The translations under genes and the position numbers were made by a program. Positions 1 to 9,321 of a DNA stretch of 64,000 bases are shown here, piece after piece. The DNA is from an uncultured virus (IMG/VR IMGVR_UViG_3300010163_001408). Lineage: Duplodnaviria; Heunggongvirae; Uroviricota; Caudoviricetes. The notes under the pieces were generated by a model. That model worked only from the letters and a program-made list of their open reading frames with translations. It did no database searches and was not told the origin of the DNA. Every line of letters starts with the position of its first letter. Position 1 is the stretch's first letter. Location: the IMG/VR virus record IMGVR_UViG_3300010163_001408. One strand, written 5' to 3'.

Positions 1-1
1 A

Positions 2-175
2 GTAACAAACATGGAGAAAAAATTTGTAACATATGGTAAAGATACAGCAAAAACATTAGAATCAATAAATGACATATACAACGTAGGTTTAAACATAAAG
101 GCAATGTCAAAGAAATTTGGAAATTTACCATTATCCATTACAAAACTTATTAGGCTAATGGGTAATATAAATTAA
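2..175 (+). CDS. Partial (5'-truncated) or short hypothetical protein
   Basis: Open frame from the window edge (ATG at 11) to TAA 173-175; no recognisable motif. Confidence 0.4.
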   Translation, partial: VTNMEKKFVTYGKDTAKTLESINDIYNVGLNIKAMSKKFGNLPLSITKLIRLMGNIN

Positions 176-260
176 ATAAACAAGTCATGAGTACATTAAC
201 AAAATTAAGAATACAAGATATAGAATTAAGGAAAAAATAAATAAAAAAGTGTAAAATTAG

Positions 261-289
261 TTGACAAAATAATAATTATGTGATATTAT
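261..289 (+). promoter_or_regulatory. sigmaA/sigma70-type promoter for the SDR-HisG-PurC operon
   Basis: TTGACA (261-266), 17 nt spacer, TATTAT (284-289), TG extended -10; RBS AGGAG before ATG 335. Confidence 0.8.
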
Positions 290-334
290 AAAAATGTACG
301 AAAGTTGTACTAGTTAATAAAAGGAGAGTAAAAA

Positions 335-1024
335 ATGCAGGCAGTAATAACAGGTTGTAACAGAGGACTTGGTGCTGGTATTGCCAAGGTATTGTTACAA
401 AAGGGTTGGAATGTAACAGGGTTAAACAGAAGTAATACAGTTGATGAAGATTTGCTGCATCATCCTTTATATAAAGATTACATTGTGGATGTATCAAATA
501 AGGAGGATGTAGGATTATGTTGGATGCTTAATCCAATTGACTTACTTGTGTGCAATGCAGGCATAAGAAGATTTGGTAACATTGAAGACTTACCATCTGA
601 AGATTGGGAGAATTCAGTGAACATCAATCTTAACGGCGTATTCTATACAGTTAAGAAATTACTTCCTTTTGTCAAGAAGGTTAAAGGCGACATTATTATC
701 ATAGGATCTCACTCCGAAAAGTACACCTTTGAAAGTGGTGCAGCATATTGTGCAACCAAAGGTGCACTTAGGGAGTTTGCAGAGTGCCTCATGCAGGAAG
801 TAAGGTATGATGATGTAAGAGTATCATATCTGTCACTCGGTTCCATTAAGAATCGTGATCATGGCATTGACGAAGAATGGAAGCTCAAACCAGAAGAAGT
901 AGGAAGAGCAGTATATAGTATAGTGGAACTTCCTAAAAATATAATGATGCCTTATGTGGATATAAGACCAGCAAAGCCATTAAAGGACAGCAAATCTGGA
1001 ATTGAAAAACTGCAATATGTTTAA
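335..1024 (+). CDS. Short-chain dehydrogenase/reductase (candidate CofA/PenB-like reductase)
   Basis: TGCNRGLG Rossmann motif, CNAG, catalytic YCATK (YxxxK); Arg after beta2 (GLNRS) suggests NADPH. Confidence 0.9.
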   Translation: MQAVITGCNRGLGAGIAKVLLQKGWNVTGLNRSNTVDEDLLHHPLYKDYIVDVSNKEDVGLCWMLNPIDLLVCNAGIRRFGNIEDLPSEDWENSVNINLNGVFYTVKKLLPFVKKVKGDIIIIGSHSEKYTFESGAAYCATKGALREFAECLMQEVRYDDVRVSYLSLGSIKNRDHGIDEEWKLKPEEVGRAVYSIVELPKNIMMPYVDIRPAKPLKDSKSGIEKLQYV

Positions 1025-1048
1025 TTAATATTCATAAGGAATAAAAAG

Positions 1049-1255
1049 GTGATGAAAGTAGAAGATTTGATAAATCAATTGATGCCTTACAAAGATTTTG
1101 ATTTAAAAGTAAATGTGCATCTAAACGTAATGGAAGAGGAACTGCAAGAAAGAACATACGGTTTTTCTCATGATGATTTTGAAGGGGAATTAAAACTAGA
1201 TGATATTGGTCATTCTGATAAAGATGTATACATTGGAGTTGAAATAGTAAAATAA
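1049..1255 (+). CDS. Hypothetical small acidic protein
   Basis: ORF with RBS (AAGGA/AAGG) inside the operon. Confidence 0.6.
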   Translation: MMKVEDLINQLMPYKDFDLKVNVHLNVMEEELQERTYGFSHDDFEGELKLDDIGHSDKDVYIGVEIVK

Positions 1256-1271
1256 CAGGAGACAGTAGAAA

Positions 1272-2264
1272 ATGATCAAGAGCAATTATGCAATTAAACT
1301 GGACAAGAATATTGAACCAGTGCATACGTGTAAAGATGGTGATACCATAGTATTAGAGTCAGTGAATGCTTATGGAGAACACTTCTCTAATATGGGTGAA
1401 CTCATGGACTTAATTTCAGGTAAACATGGGGATAAACACCATCATCCTTTAACTGGACCAATTGACATTGAAGGTGCAGAAGAGGGCGACGTAATAGAAA
1501 TTGTAATAAAAGAGATAAACATTGATTTATCTGCTCAGGCATTATCAAAAAGTGCTGGTATATCTCCAATAGAAGTTGAATACTTCGGAGACAGGGCACC
1601 AATTTTAGCAAAATATAATAATACAACAAAAAATATCAAATACATGAACGGAATGCATATTCCATACAGACCCATGCTGGGCATGATTGGTTTGGCACCA
1701 GCAGAAGGTTTCATTAAAACAGGTCATGCAGGTAGAACAGGTGGAAACCTTGATATACCTTTCATTACAGAAGGTGTATCAGTATATATTCCAGTACAGA
1801 CATCTGGTGGAAAGCTGTTTGTAGGAGATGCTCATGCTGCTCAAGGATATGGGGAACTTGGTGGAATTGCTCTTGAGGCATCTGCAATAGTGACATTAGA
1901 AATAGCATTAAAAAAGCCAAGATATATGTTTAACAACATAGTAGTAATTGGTAAGGAACCAATGACAAATAGGCGAGCAATCGGTATTATAGGAGTAGCA
2001 AATTCATTTCAGAACCTAAATGAGGCTGTATGTGATGCATATAAGGGTGCAGTTGATATCATGAGTTACATGCTTCCTACAATCAATAAAAATTATGTAA
2101 GCAATGTAGTAACAGCAATTGGTCATTCAATAAACGGGCAGGCATTTTCTAAAACATCAGAATCAACGAGTATAGTAAATATACTTGAAGATGATATGAA
2201 GGTGCTTAAGAAGGATTCAGGATTTACACTATATTCTGAGTTTAATCAAGTAATGTTTAAATGA
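1272..2264 (+). CDS. Acetamidase/formamidase family protein
   Basis: HPLTGPIDIEGAEEGD, PMLGMIG, GGNLD, LFVGDAHAAQGYGE motifs. Confidence 0.85.
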   Translation: MIKSNYAIKLDKNIEPVHTCKDGDTIVLESVNAYGEHFSNMGELMDLISGKHGDKHHHPLTGPIDIEGAEEGDVIEIVIKEINIDLSAQALSKSAGISPIEVEYFGDRAPILAKYNNTTKNIKYMNGMHIPYRPMLGMIGLAPAEGFIKTGHAGRTGGNLDIPFITEGVSVYIPVQTSGGKLFVGDAHAAQGYGELGGIALEASAIVTLEIALKKPRYMFNNIVVIGKEPMTNRRAIGIIGVANSFQNLNEAVCDAYKGAVDIMSYMLPTINKNYVSNVVTAIGHSINGQAFSKTSESTSIVNILEDDMKVLKKDSGFTLYSEFNQVMFK

Positions 2265-2282
2265 AAATGTGGGAGATTATAT

Positions 2283-3026
2283 ATGAAAAATAATGATGTA
2301 GCCTTTTTTGTACAGTATAGATCAACAGGATCATCAAGCAGAGGTATACAGTCAGGCGGTGTGGTATTAACATTTGATGATATGTTTGACCAAGCATATG
2401 TAACCAAGCTTTTAAGAAACGGATATGCTGAAAGTAAACTGATGTATCAGGTAGGCAGAAACAGTCTACAGGATGTAAAAAGTATGAGAGTTGATGAATT
2501 TGAATCAATATTCAGGGGACACACAGATGATATTAAGTATCTGCTTGGATATAGTGATTTAACATCACCTTTCAGAAAAGAGATATTAACAGCATATGGA
2601 CCTGACTTGTATAGGGAAGTCAAAAAGAGTACAACAGTATACAAGAAGGGTGATATATTCATGGGGTCGGATAATATTAAATACATATATCTGGGTAATT
2701 TTGAATATGTCAATGTATACATTGATAAAGAGTTGGTAGCAGCATATAAAGGTCATTTTTACATGCCCATGTCAGCTGAATTATTAAAAAACACTAATAG
2801 AGAATTTGAAGTGGATACTATATTAGAATACTTCAAACGTGTTAGATTAAGCCCTAAGAAGTTTAGTGCAAACTTCTTGAAAACTAAAAAGAAGGCAGAA
2901 GTAAATAGTGTGATGAACATTGGACATAAAGGTTTAAACTCTGAAGGAGAGTTTAATGTAATATTAAATAGAGATTTCATTCATAATTATGAAAGAAAAC
3001 TTAAAATAGTATATAAGGAGGCATAA
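2283..3026 (+). CDS. Hypothetical protein
   Basis: 247-aa ORF with RBS GGGAG. Confidence 0.7.
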   Translation: MKNNDVAFFVQYRSTGSSSRGIQSGGVVLTFDDMFDQAYVTKLLRNGYAESKLMYQVGRNSLQDVKSMRVDEFESIFRGHTDDIKYLLGYSDLTSPFRKEILTAYGPDLYREVKKSTTVYKKGDIFMGSDNIKYIYLGNFEYVNVYIDKELVAAYKGHFYMPMSAELLKNTNREFEVDTILEYFKRVRLSPKKFSANFLKTKKKAEVNSVMNIGHKGLNSEGEFNVILNRDFIHNYERKLKIVYKEA

Positions 3027-3071
3027 TAGATATAAATAAGACATTTAAATAAACGAAAGGAGACAGTTAAA

Positions 3072-4265
3072 ATGGCAAATAGACCAATTATTAAAATTGG
3101 GGCAGGCAAAGGAAAGTTACTGGGTGTAACCAATCAATATCTGGAATACCTTGGACTTGAAACAATTGACCCTAAAAGCAGGGTGCTGACACACTACAGA
3201 GAAGCAGATAACTACATACTGAAGATCACGTTACTCAGGTGGGAGGATATCAAAGCATATGCAAATAGTTTTGATATGATTATCTTTGGTAGTGATCAGT
3301 GGCTTGAAAATGGTAAGAAATCAATGATTGCATTGAAACATTTTGAGCAGAAAGATTGCAGGTTGAGTTTACTGGTGCCAAAGAGTGAAGCTGATCAGCC
3401 ATTAAGATACTTCCTTGAGAGAAAGATTGCAACAGGATACCCAGAGTTAGCTAAAAGTTACATGGGAGTAAACGAAAACAACATTGTAAAAATGACAGGG
3501 AGTGTAGAAGCAGCAATTGGACTTGACTGGGCACAGAGTATTTTTGACATTGTAGAGAGCGGTGCAACTGCAAGAGAGAATGGACTTGTGGAATACAAGA
3601 CATTTGTAAGGTTTGGTGCTGTGTTGGCAACTTGTAAACCAGAGAAGATTCCTGTATTAAGAGACCTTGGACTTGTAGGGGGCTCGGTAGAAAGAAAGAT
3701 TATTGCATTTGACGGAGTGGATGGAAGTGGAAAGTCATCATTGGCTAAACACTTTGTACAAGAAGGACTTGGGGACAGCAATCCTATTGTGTTAATGTGC
3801 CCATACAGTGGATATGTGGGTACAACTGCAAGATCGTTGCTTGACAATGATAAATATATGGAATGGGCAATGCTGGTGGGTGAAAATCATTGGAGACCTA
3901 CACCTGGCGTAAACATGGTTTATGATAGATCAGTATTAACAAGCTTAACTGAATTGATCAAACATAATGCATTCAGAGGACAAATGCTAGATGCAGTTAA
4001 AGCATTTAGCCCATTACCTCAAGTAATATTTTGGTGCAATGCAGATATTAAAACCCTTACTCATAGGACAGAGTATAGAGGTGTGAAGGATAAGTACGAT
4101 ACTAAAGACTCATTAAAAGAATACAGCAAGCTATATAAAGAAGCAGTAGACTTTGTGAAGTCTGAATTTAACATTAAAGTAATTGAACTTGACACCAGTA
4201 AACCTATTGAGGAAACAATCAAGGAAATAAAGGAGGCACTAAAATGTATAGACTGGGAGAGGTAG
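3072..4265 (+). CDS. hisG: ATP phosphoribosyltransferase (short HisG) fused to a thymidylate-kinase-like NMP kinase
   Basis: N-terminal KGKL, RWEDI, KIATGYP, GSVEAA...IFDIVESGATARENGL (HisG signature); C-terminal IAFDGVDGSGKSS P-loop and YDRS (dTMP kinase family). Confidence 0.85.
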   Translation: MANRPIIKIGAGKGKLLGVTNQYLEYLGLETIDPKSRVLTHYREADNYILKITLLRWEDIKAYANSFDMIIFGSDQWLENGKKSMIALKHFEQKDCRLSLLVPKSEADQPLRYFLERKIATGYPELAKSYMGVNENNIVKMTGSVEAAIGLDWAQSIFDIVESGATARENGLVEYKTFVRFGAVLATCKPEKIPVLRDLGLVGGSVERKIIAFDGVDGSGKSSLAKHFVQEGLGDSNPIVLMCPYSGYVGTTARSLLDNDKYMEWAMLVGENHWRPTPGVNMVYDRSVLTSLTELIKHNAFRGQMLDAVKAFSPLPQVIFWCNADIKTLTHRTEYRGVKDKYDTKDSLKEYSKLYKEAVDFVKSEFNIKVIELDTSKPIEETIKEIKEALKCIDWER

Positions 4266-5002
4266 TAATTGAGGGTAAGTCCAAGAAGTTTTATGACCTT
4301 GGAGATGATAAGTTGTTTATGGTGTTTAAGCCACACTTAAGATCAGTAACTTCAAAGAGAGAAGGCAATATTGAAGGTACAGATACAGAAAGAATGATTG
4401 CAAACAACATGATTTTTAATATGTTAGAGTCAAAGGGAATCAAAACTCACAGAATGGAAAAAGAATTAAGAACCATTGATGGAATGACGGGCATGGTAGT
4501 AAAAAGAACAACTACAGTGCCAATTGAGTTCATCTGTAGATACAGGGCAGCAGGCAGTATTGTAAGGCTGTATCCTAGTATTGTAAAACCTGATATGAAA
4601 TTCAAGAGGCCATTATATAAATATGACCTGAAGCAGGATGTATCAGTAGCAGGTGTGGATGACCCTACATTAAATGAGAGTTACATTATAGGTTTAGAGT
4701 TAATGGAAGAGGATGACTTTGAAAAAGCAAGGGCATACCTTGGGGATATTGGATACCATATGCTAACAACCCTTGACACTGCTGGAATGACACTTGTAGA
4801 TATGAAGATGGAGTTTGGGCATACATCAAGTGGTGAGATTGTACTAATTGATGAGATCAGTCAGGATTGCATCAGAGCAAATGACACGGAAACATGGGAG
4901 CCCGTAACCAAGGATGCATACAGAAATATGAAGTCAGACAGTGAAGTTTTGGCTAAATACAAAGAGTTTAACCAGAGATTATCTAGGGTATTAAATAAGT
5001 AA
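4244..5002 (+). CDS. purC: SAICAR synthetase (PurC) homologue, candidate CofB/PenC-like
   Basis: EGKSKKFY, GIKTH, PIEFICRYRAAGS, DDP, LVDMKMEFG, LIDEISQDCIR, KDAYR motifs; overlaps the hisG fusion by 22 nt. Confidence 0.85.
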   Translation: MYRLGEVVIEGKSKKFYDLGDDKLFMVFKPHLRSVTSKREGNIEGTDTERMIANNMIFNMLESKGIKTHRMEKELRTIDGMTGMVVKRTTTVPIEFICRYRAAGSIVRLYPSIVKPDMKFKRPLYKYDLKQDVSVAGVDDPTLNESYIIGLELMEEDDFEKARAYLGDIGYHMLTTLDTAGMTLVDMKMEFGHTSSGEIVLIDEISQDCIRANDTETWEPVTKDAYRNMKSDSEVLAKYKEFNQRLSRVLNK

Positions 5003-5017
5003 ACATTTGAAATAGTT

Positions 5018-5055
5018 AATGGGGCGCATAAGATTAAGTATGCGCCCCATTTTTA
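5018..5055 (+). terminator. Rho-independent terminator
   Basis: AATGGGGCGCATA / TATGCGCCCCATT stem followed by a T run. Confidence 0.85.
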
Positions 5056-5107
5056 TACATTAGGATATTTAAAATAAATATTTTTAATAAAAGGAGAAGA
5101 CTTAAAC

Positions 5108-5551
5108 ATGAGTATAAGATCAGATGCATTTTTAGGATATTCAGTTGACATAGACAATAAAATGAAAACTTTGGAAGGTAATATTAGGGATGCTTTATTG
5201 TATGATGAAATTAATAAAATTACACCAGAAGATTTAAGAAATTTACATGAATTGAACATAATATCATATTGGAGTGTAAATAAAACATCGACAACAGATA
5301 AAATCATGATAGTATATGATGGAATGTCAGGTGAATATACTAAATTATTCTATATAATAGATTATAGACCAGATGTGGGTATATATGAACAAGGGGCAAT
5401 TGACTTTTTTGAAAGTGTGAAAACATACTTAAATAAGATAGAAACACCTGATAATGTAAAGAAGATGCTTAGTAATGCATATAGATTTATATTTAAAGAA
5501 GAACTGGATACAAATGAAATTCATCTTGAAGCATTTATACATTATACATGA
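5108..5551 (+). CDS. Hypothetical protein
   Basis: 147-aa ORF, RBS AAGGAG. Confidence 0.7.
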   Translation: MSIRSDAFLGYSVDIDNKMKTLEGNIRDALLYDEINKITPEDLRNLHELNIISYWSVNKTSTTDKIMIVYDGMSGEYTKLFYIIDYRPDVGIYEQGAIDFFESVKTYLNKIETPDNVKKMLSNAYRFIFKEELDTNEIHLEAFIHYT

Positions 5552-5604
5552 CACATAGAGTAAATTAAGAACATATCAAAATAGTTTGAAAGGGCATAAA
5601 AATA

Positions 5605-6471
5605 ATGAAAGACTATAATCAAGTAAAGAACAAAATAAATAAAAATATATTCATTGTAATATTTTATATAGCATTAACATTATCATTAGCATATATAACA
5701 TATCATATATTATTAGCAACATCTGGAAGAGAATCAGGACAAAAGAGTTTCTTAGGTTATACTTTTAGAATAGTTGTATCTGGCAGCATGGAACCTACAA
5801 TAAACACCAATGCATTAGCAATAATCAAGATATGTGATATAGACGACATAGAAAAGGACGATCTAGTTTGTTTCAGCTATGGTCAGGACATTATTCATAG
5901 AGTAATAAATAAAAACACTGATGGAACAGTCATATTAAATACTCAAGGTGATGCAAATGAGAGACCAGATGGCATAGAGGTAAACTCTGATATGGTCATT
6001 GGAAAAGTGGTAAAAGTGTTTAATCAAGTTGCACCATTCATTAGTAAATATTCAATATCACCTGGACATATAGATACAATAGCATTAACAAGAAATGTTG
6101 CAATATATTGTGTAATATTTGTTTTAGGAATATATTTAATAATACATATAATAAGGATACTAATAAACATGTTAGTATCAATTATACAAGATAAAAAAGA
6201 ATCAACAAAACAAGATACAATAGAGCAGTATATAATTGATTTAGATGAATTAATACTATATAGAGAGATATTAAAAGATTCATTAGAAAAACAAGTTAGT
6301 AATAATGCTGAACATAGATTTTATTATTTAAGCGGTAAAATTGCAAGAGCAAAAATAAACACAGAATGTAAGAGATTACATAAGAACATAAAAGAATACA
6401 AACATCAGATCAAAAGAGCAATGTTCATAAAAAATCTAGGTAAGATATTAGATGAAAAGACAAACAATTAA
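5605..6471 (+). CDS. sipW: Signal peptidase I, SipW/ER-type (S26), with C-terminal extension
   Basis: N-terminal TM, VVSGSMEP (catalytic Ser), IIHRV (His), TQGDAN..PD, second TM. Confidence 0.8.
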   Translation: MKDYNQVKNKINKNIFIVIFYIALTLSLAYITYHILLATSGRESGQKSFLGYTFRIVVSGSMEPTINTNALAIIKICDIDDIEKDDLVCFSYGQDIIHRVINKNTDGTVILNTQGDANERPDGIEVNSDMVIGKVVKVFNQVAPFISKYSISPGHIDTIALTRNVAIYCVIFVLGIYLIIHIIRILINMLVSIIQDKKESTKQDTIEQYIIDLDELILYREILKDSLEKQVSNNAEHRFYYLSGKIARAKINTECKRLHKNIKEYKHQIKRAMFIKNLGKILDEKTNN

Positions 6472-7558
6472 AAATAAAATGTTACATGCAAAAATGCATA
6501 ATAATCAAATAAAGAAAAAATTAGATTTAAAGGAACTTGGTTATATTATGACAGAGTTAACATGCATTAGTAAAAATAGAAATAACTTTGGTGTATATGG
6601 TAAATACATATTAAAAGATGCAAATGATAATATTATAAAAAAGTCAACAGTGGAACTGATAGATGCAATAAGAAATGGAGAAATAAATGTTGATAATTTG
6701 GAATTAACATCTAAAGGCACATTGAGAAATAAAAAGGATAAATTAAAAATAAAAGATGCAATAATTTTATTTGAGTATATAAAAGATAGAATAATATATG
6801 AGACACATAAGACAGTAGTATTCAAAGATAATACCAATATAGATTTACTAGAACAAAAAGCAAGAGCACTTTATGATAATATATACATTGATAAAATTGA
6901 TGAAGAATTAATTATAATTAAAACATTCGAGAAAATAATAGTAGCAACGCCCAAAAGCAAGTTTGTTATGCTAGATGCAGTTAACTTTTTTAAATGGTCC
7001 ACTTTAAGAGAAATAAACCTAATGAATGTAGATACATCATATTTAATAGATATGGGCTTTATGTTCTATTGTGCTAAAGCAAGTAAAATAAATATAAATA
7101 ATATAAATACTAGCAAAGTAGCATATATGGATCATATGTTTTTTGGATGTAATTTAATTGAGTTAACAATAGGAAATATTGATACAAGTAAAGTAACTGA
7201 TGCAAGTGAAATGTTTGCAGAAAGCAGCATGAACAAGTTAGATCTTAGCAGACTTAACCTAAATAACATTATTATAACAACTAGAATGTTTGAGCATACA
7301 AGAATTAAAGAAATAGACATATCAAATTTTGATCTAACACATACATATTACAATCAATATATGTTTAGAAATTGTAACATAGATATACTAAAAATAGGTA
7401 ACATTGAGATTGATAGTAATTTAATTGATAATTTTAAGATATTCCATAAAGCAAAAATAGGAACACTAATAATCAAAAGTGCACAGGAAGAAACCATACA
7501 ATACCTAAAGCAAAAATTGGGAAGTGATACAACAATAGTATGCAAGCACCAAAAGTAA
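6452..7558 (+). CDS. BspA/DUF285-like leucine-rich repeat protein
   Basis: Repeats of the type NxDTSKVxxMxxMF. Confidence 0.75.
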   Translation: MKRQTIKNKMLHAKMHNNQIKKKLDLKELGYIMTELTCISKNRNNFGVYGKYILKDANDNIIKKSTVELIDAIRNGEINVDNLELTSKGTLRNKKDKLKIKDAIILFEYIKDRIIYETHKTVVFKDNTNIDLLEQKARALYDNIYIDKIDEELIIIKTFEKIIVATPKSKFVMLDAVNFFKWSTLREINLMNVDTSYLIDMGFMFYCAKASKININNINTSKVAYMDHMFFGCNLIELTIGNIDTSKVTDASEMFAESSMNKLDLSRLNLNNIIITTRMFEHTRIKEIDISNFDLTHTYYNQYMFRNCNIDILKIGNIEIDSNLIDNFKIFHKAKIGTLIIKSAQEETIQYLKQKLGSDTTIVCKHQK

Positions 7559-7571
7559 TAAGGTATAGGAG

Positions 7572-8432
7572 ATGTTAAAGATGGAAAGAATAGATGATAG
7601 GGTAATAATAGATCAAGAAACTATAAGCAATATAGCATGTAAGAAACACCTGACATTTAAGAGTAATAAAGACTTTAAAATTATGGAAAATAAAGCAGCT
7701 GTATTAGGTGGAGATACAAGATTTGATTTAATATCACCTGATTTAGGTGCATTAAAAATGAATGATAATATTATATTAATGACAAATAAGAGCAGGATAG
7801 AAGTTTATGATGGATATGATTTATTTAATACTCCACGTATGCATAGTTTTAGTTCAATAAACTTAACTGGATTAGATACTAGCAATATGAAATGTGCAAT
7901 TGAAATGTTTAGTAACATAAAAAATGAAATAATAGGATTGAATAATTTGGATACACATAATGTAGAATGTATGAGAGGAATGTTTTCTAGCATTAAAAGT
8001 GATAAAATAAATTTATCAAACTTTGATGTGTCCAAAGTTATGGATATGCGTTATATGTTTATAAGGTCAACTATAACTGAATTAGACATAAGCAATTTTA
8101 ATATAAATACTTCATCAAAACTAAATTTCATGTTTTATAAAGCACAGATAGGCACTTTAAAGTTGTTTGATATAAAATTGCATATGAATATATCAGATTT
8201 ATTTTCATATACAAACATAGAAACTTTAATATTGAATAAAATAGATATAGAAGAAGACCAAGAGAACTTAAAAGCAGTCCTTGAGGGTGCAAATATAGGT
8301 AAAATAGTCCTACTAGACACAAGTCAGAAAACATTAGAGGGCTTGTACAAAATGTTAATGTCACCTATAAGAGAGGACGGAATAATGCAGACTATTGGTA
8401 ATTTAGATGAAATACTACAACTATATGATTAA
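7572..8432 (+). CDS. BspA/DUF285-like LRR protein (paralogue)
   Basis: LDTSNMK..MF, LDTHNV..M..MF, FDVSKV.DM..MF repeats. Confidence 0.75.
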   Translation: MLKMERIDDRVIIDQETISNIACKKHLTFKSNKDFKIMENKAAVLGGDTRFDLISPDLGALKMNDNIILMTNKSRIEVYDGYDLFNTPRMHSFSSINLTGLDTSNMKCAIEMFSNIKNEIIGLNNLDTHNVECMRGMFSSIKSDKINLSNFDVSKVMDMRYMFIRSTITELDISNFNINTSSKLNFMFYKAQIGTLKLFDIKLHMNISDLFSYTNIETLILNKIDIEEDQENLKAVLEGANIGKIVLLDTSQKTLEGLYKMLMSPIREDGIMQTIGNLDEILQLYD

Positions 8433-8446
8433 AGGGAGACTAAGAA

Positions 8447-9303
8447 ATGGAAAGTAAGGCAGTAATAGACCGTAATATTATAAAAAGTATATTATGCAAA
8501 AAGTATTTAACATTTAAAACAAATGTTGATTTTGATATAATGGCAAATAAAGCACATGCATTAGGTAATGGAATCGAGTTTAAAATCATAAGAGATGACA
8601 TAGGTACATTAGAAATAAATGATAAAATCATTTTAATGACAAACAAAGAAAAATTAATAGCATATGGAAAAGCATTATTTATTAATTGCAGCTCTAAAAA
8701 CTTTTTTTTAAATCTATAGACCTAACTAATTTGGATACTAGTGAAATGACTAGTGCAAATAACATGTTCGGATTTAATACTTACAACATAAATGAAACAA
8801 TGAACATAGATAAATTAGACACACATAATGTAGTAGATATGGAAAAAATGTTTCAATATACAAAATATGATAAGCTAAGTTTATTAGAATTTAATACAAG
8901 CAAGGTCACTAATATGAATGACATGTTCTTTGCATCAAAAATACGAGAACTAGATATTAGTAAATTTAATATAAATAGTATACAAACATTAAAGAATATG
9001 TTTTTTATTTCAACTATAGATACTTTGAAATTATTTGATATACCGTCAGGAATAAATGTTTCAAATATGTTGGCATATTCAAATATAGATAAGCTAATAT
9101 TAGGTAAGATGAACATAGGTCATGATAATCAAGAATTAAAAAGTGTATTTGCAGGAGCAAATATAAACAAAATAATACTAACAGATAAAAGCAAAGATAC
9201 AATAGGTAGTTTACATAAGATGCTAGAATCGACTATAAGAGAAATGGAAGACAAACCAATAATAGGTAATTTTAGCCAAATATCAACACTATGTGGCATT
9301 TAG
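8447..9303 (+). pseudogene. BspA/DUF285-like LRR paralogue frameshifted at a T8 tract
   Basis: ORFs 8447-8719 and 8731-9303 align to the N- and C-parts of 7572-8432; T9 instead of T8 at 8702-8709 restores FKSIDLTNLDTS (cf. FSSINLTGLDTS). Confidence 0.8.
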
Positions 9304-9321
9304 AAAAAGAGGGATAATACA

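Noticed and set aside
3072..5002. Ordinary histidine or de novo purine biosynthesis genes (simple auxiliary metabolism)
   Set aside because: No other his or pur genes are present, HisG is fused to a kinase, and co-transcription with an SDR fits the pen/cof set better. This is disfavoured rather than disproved.
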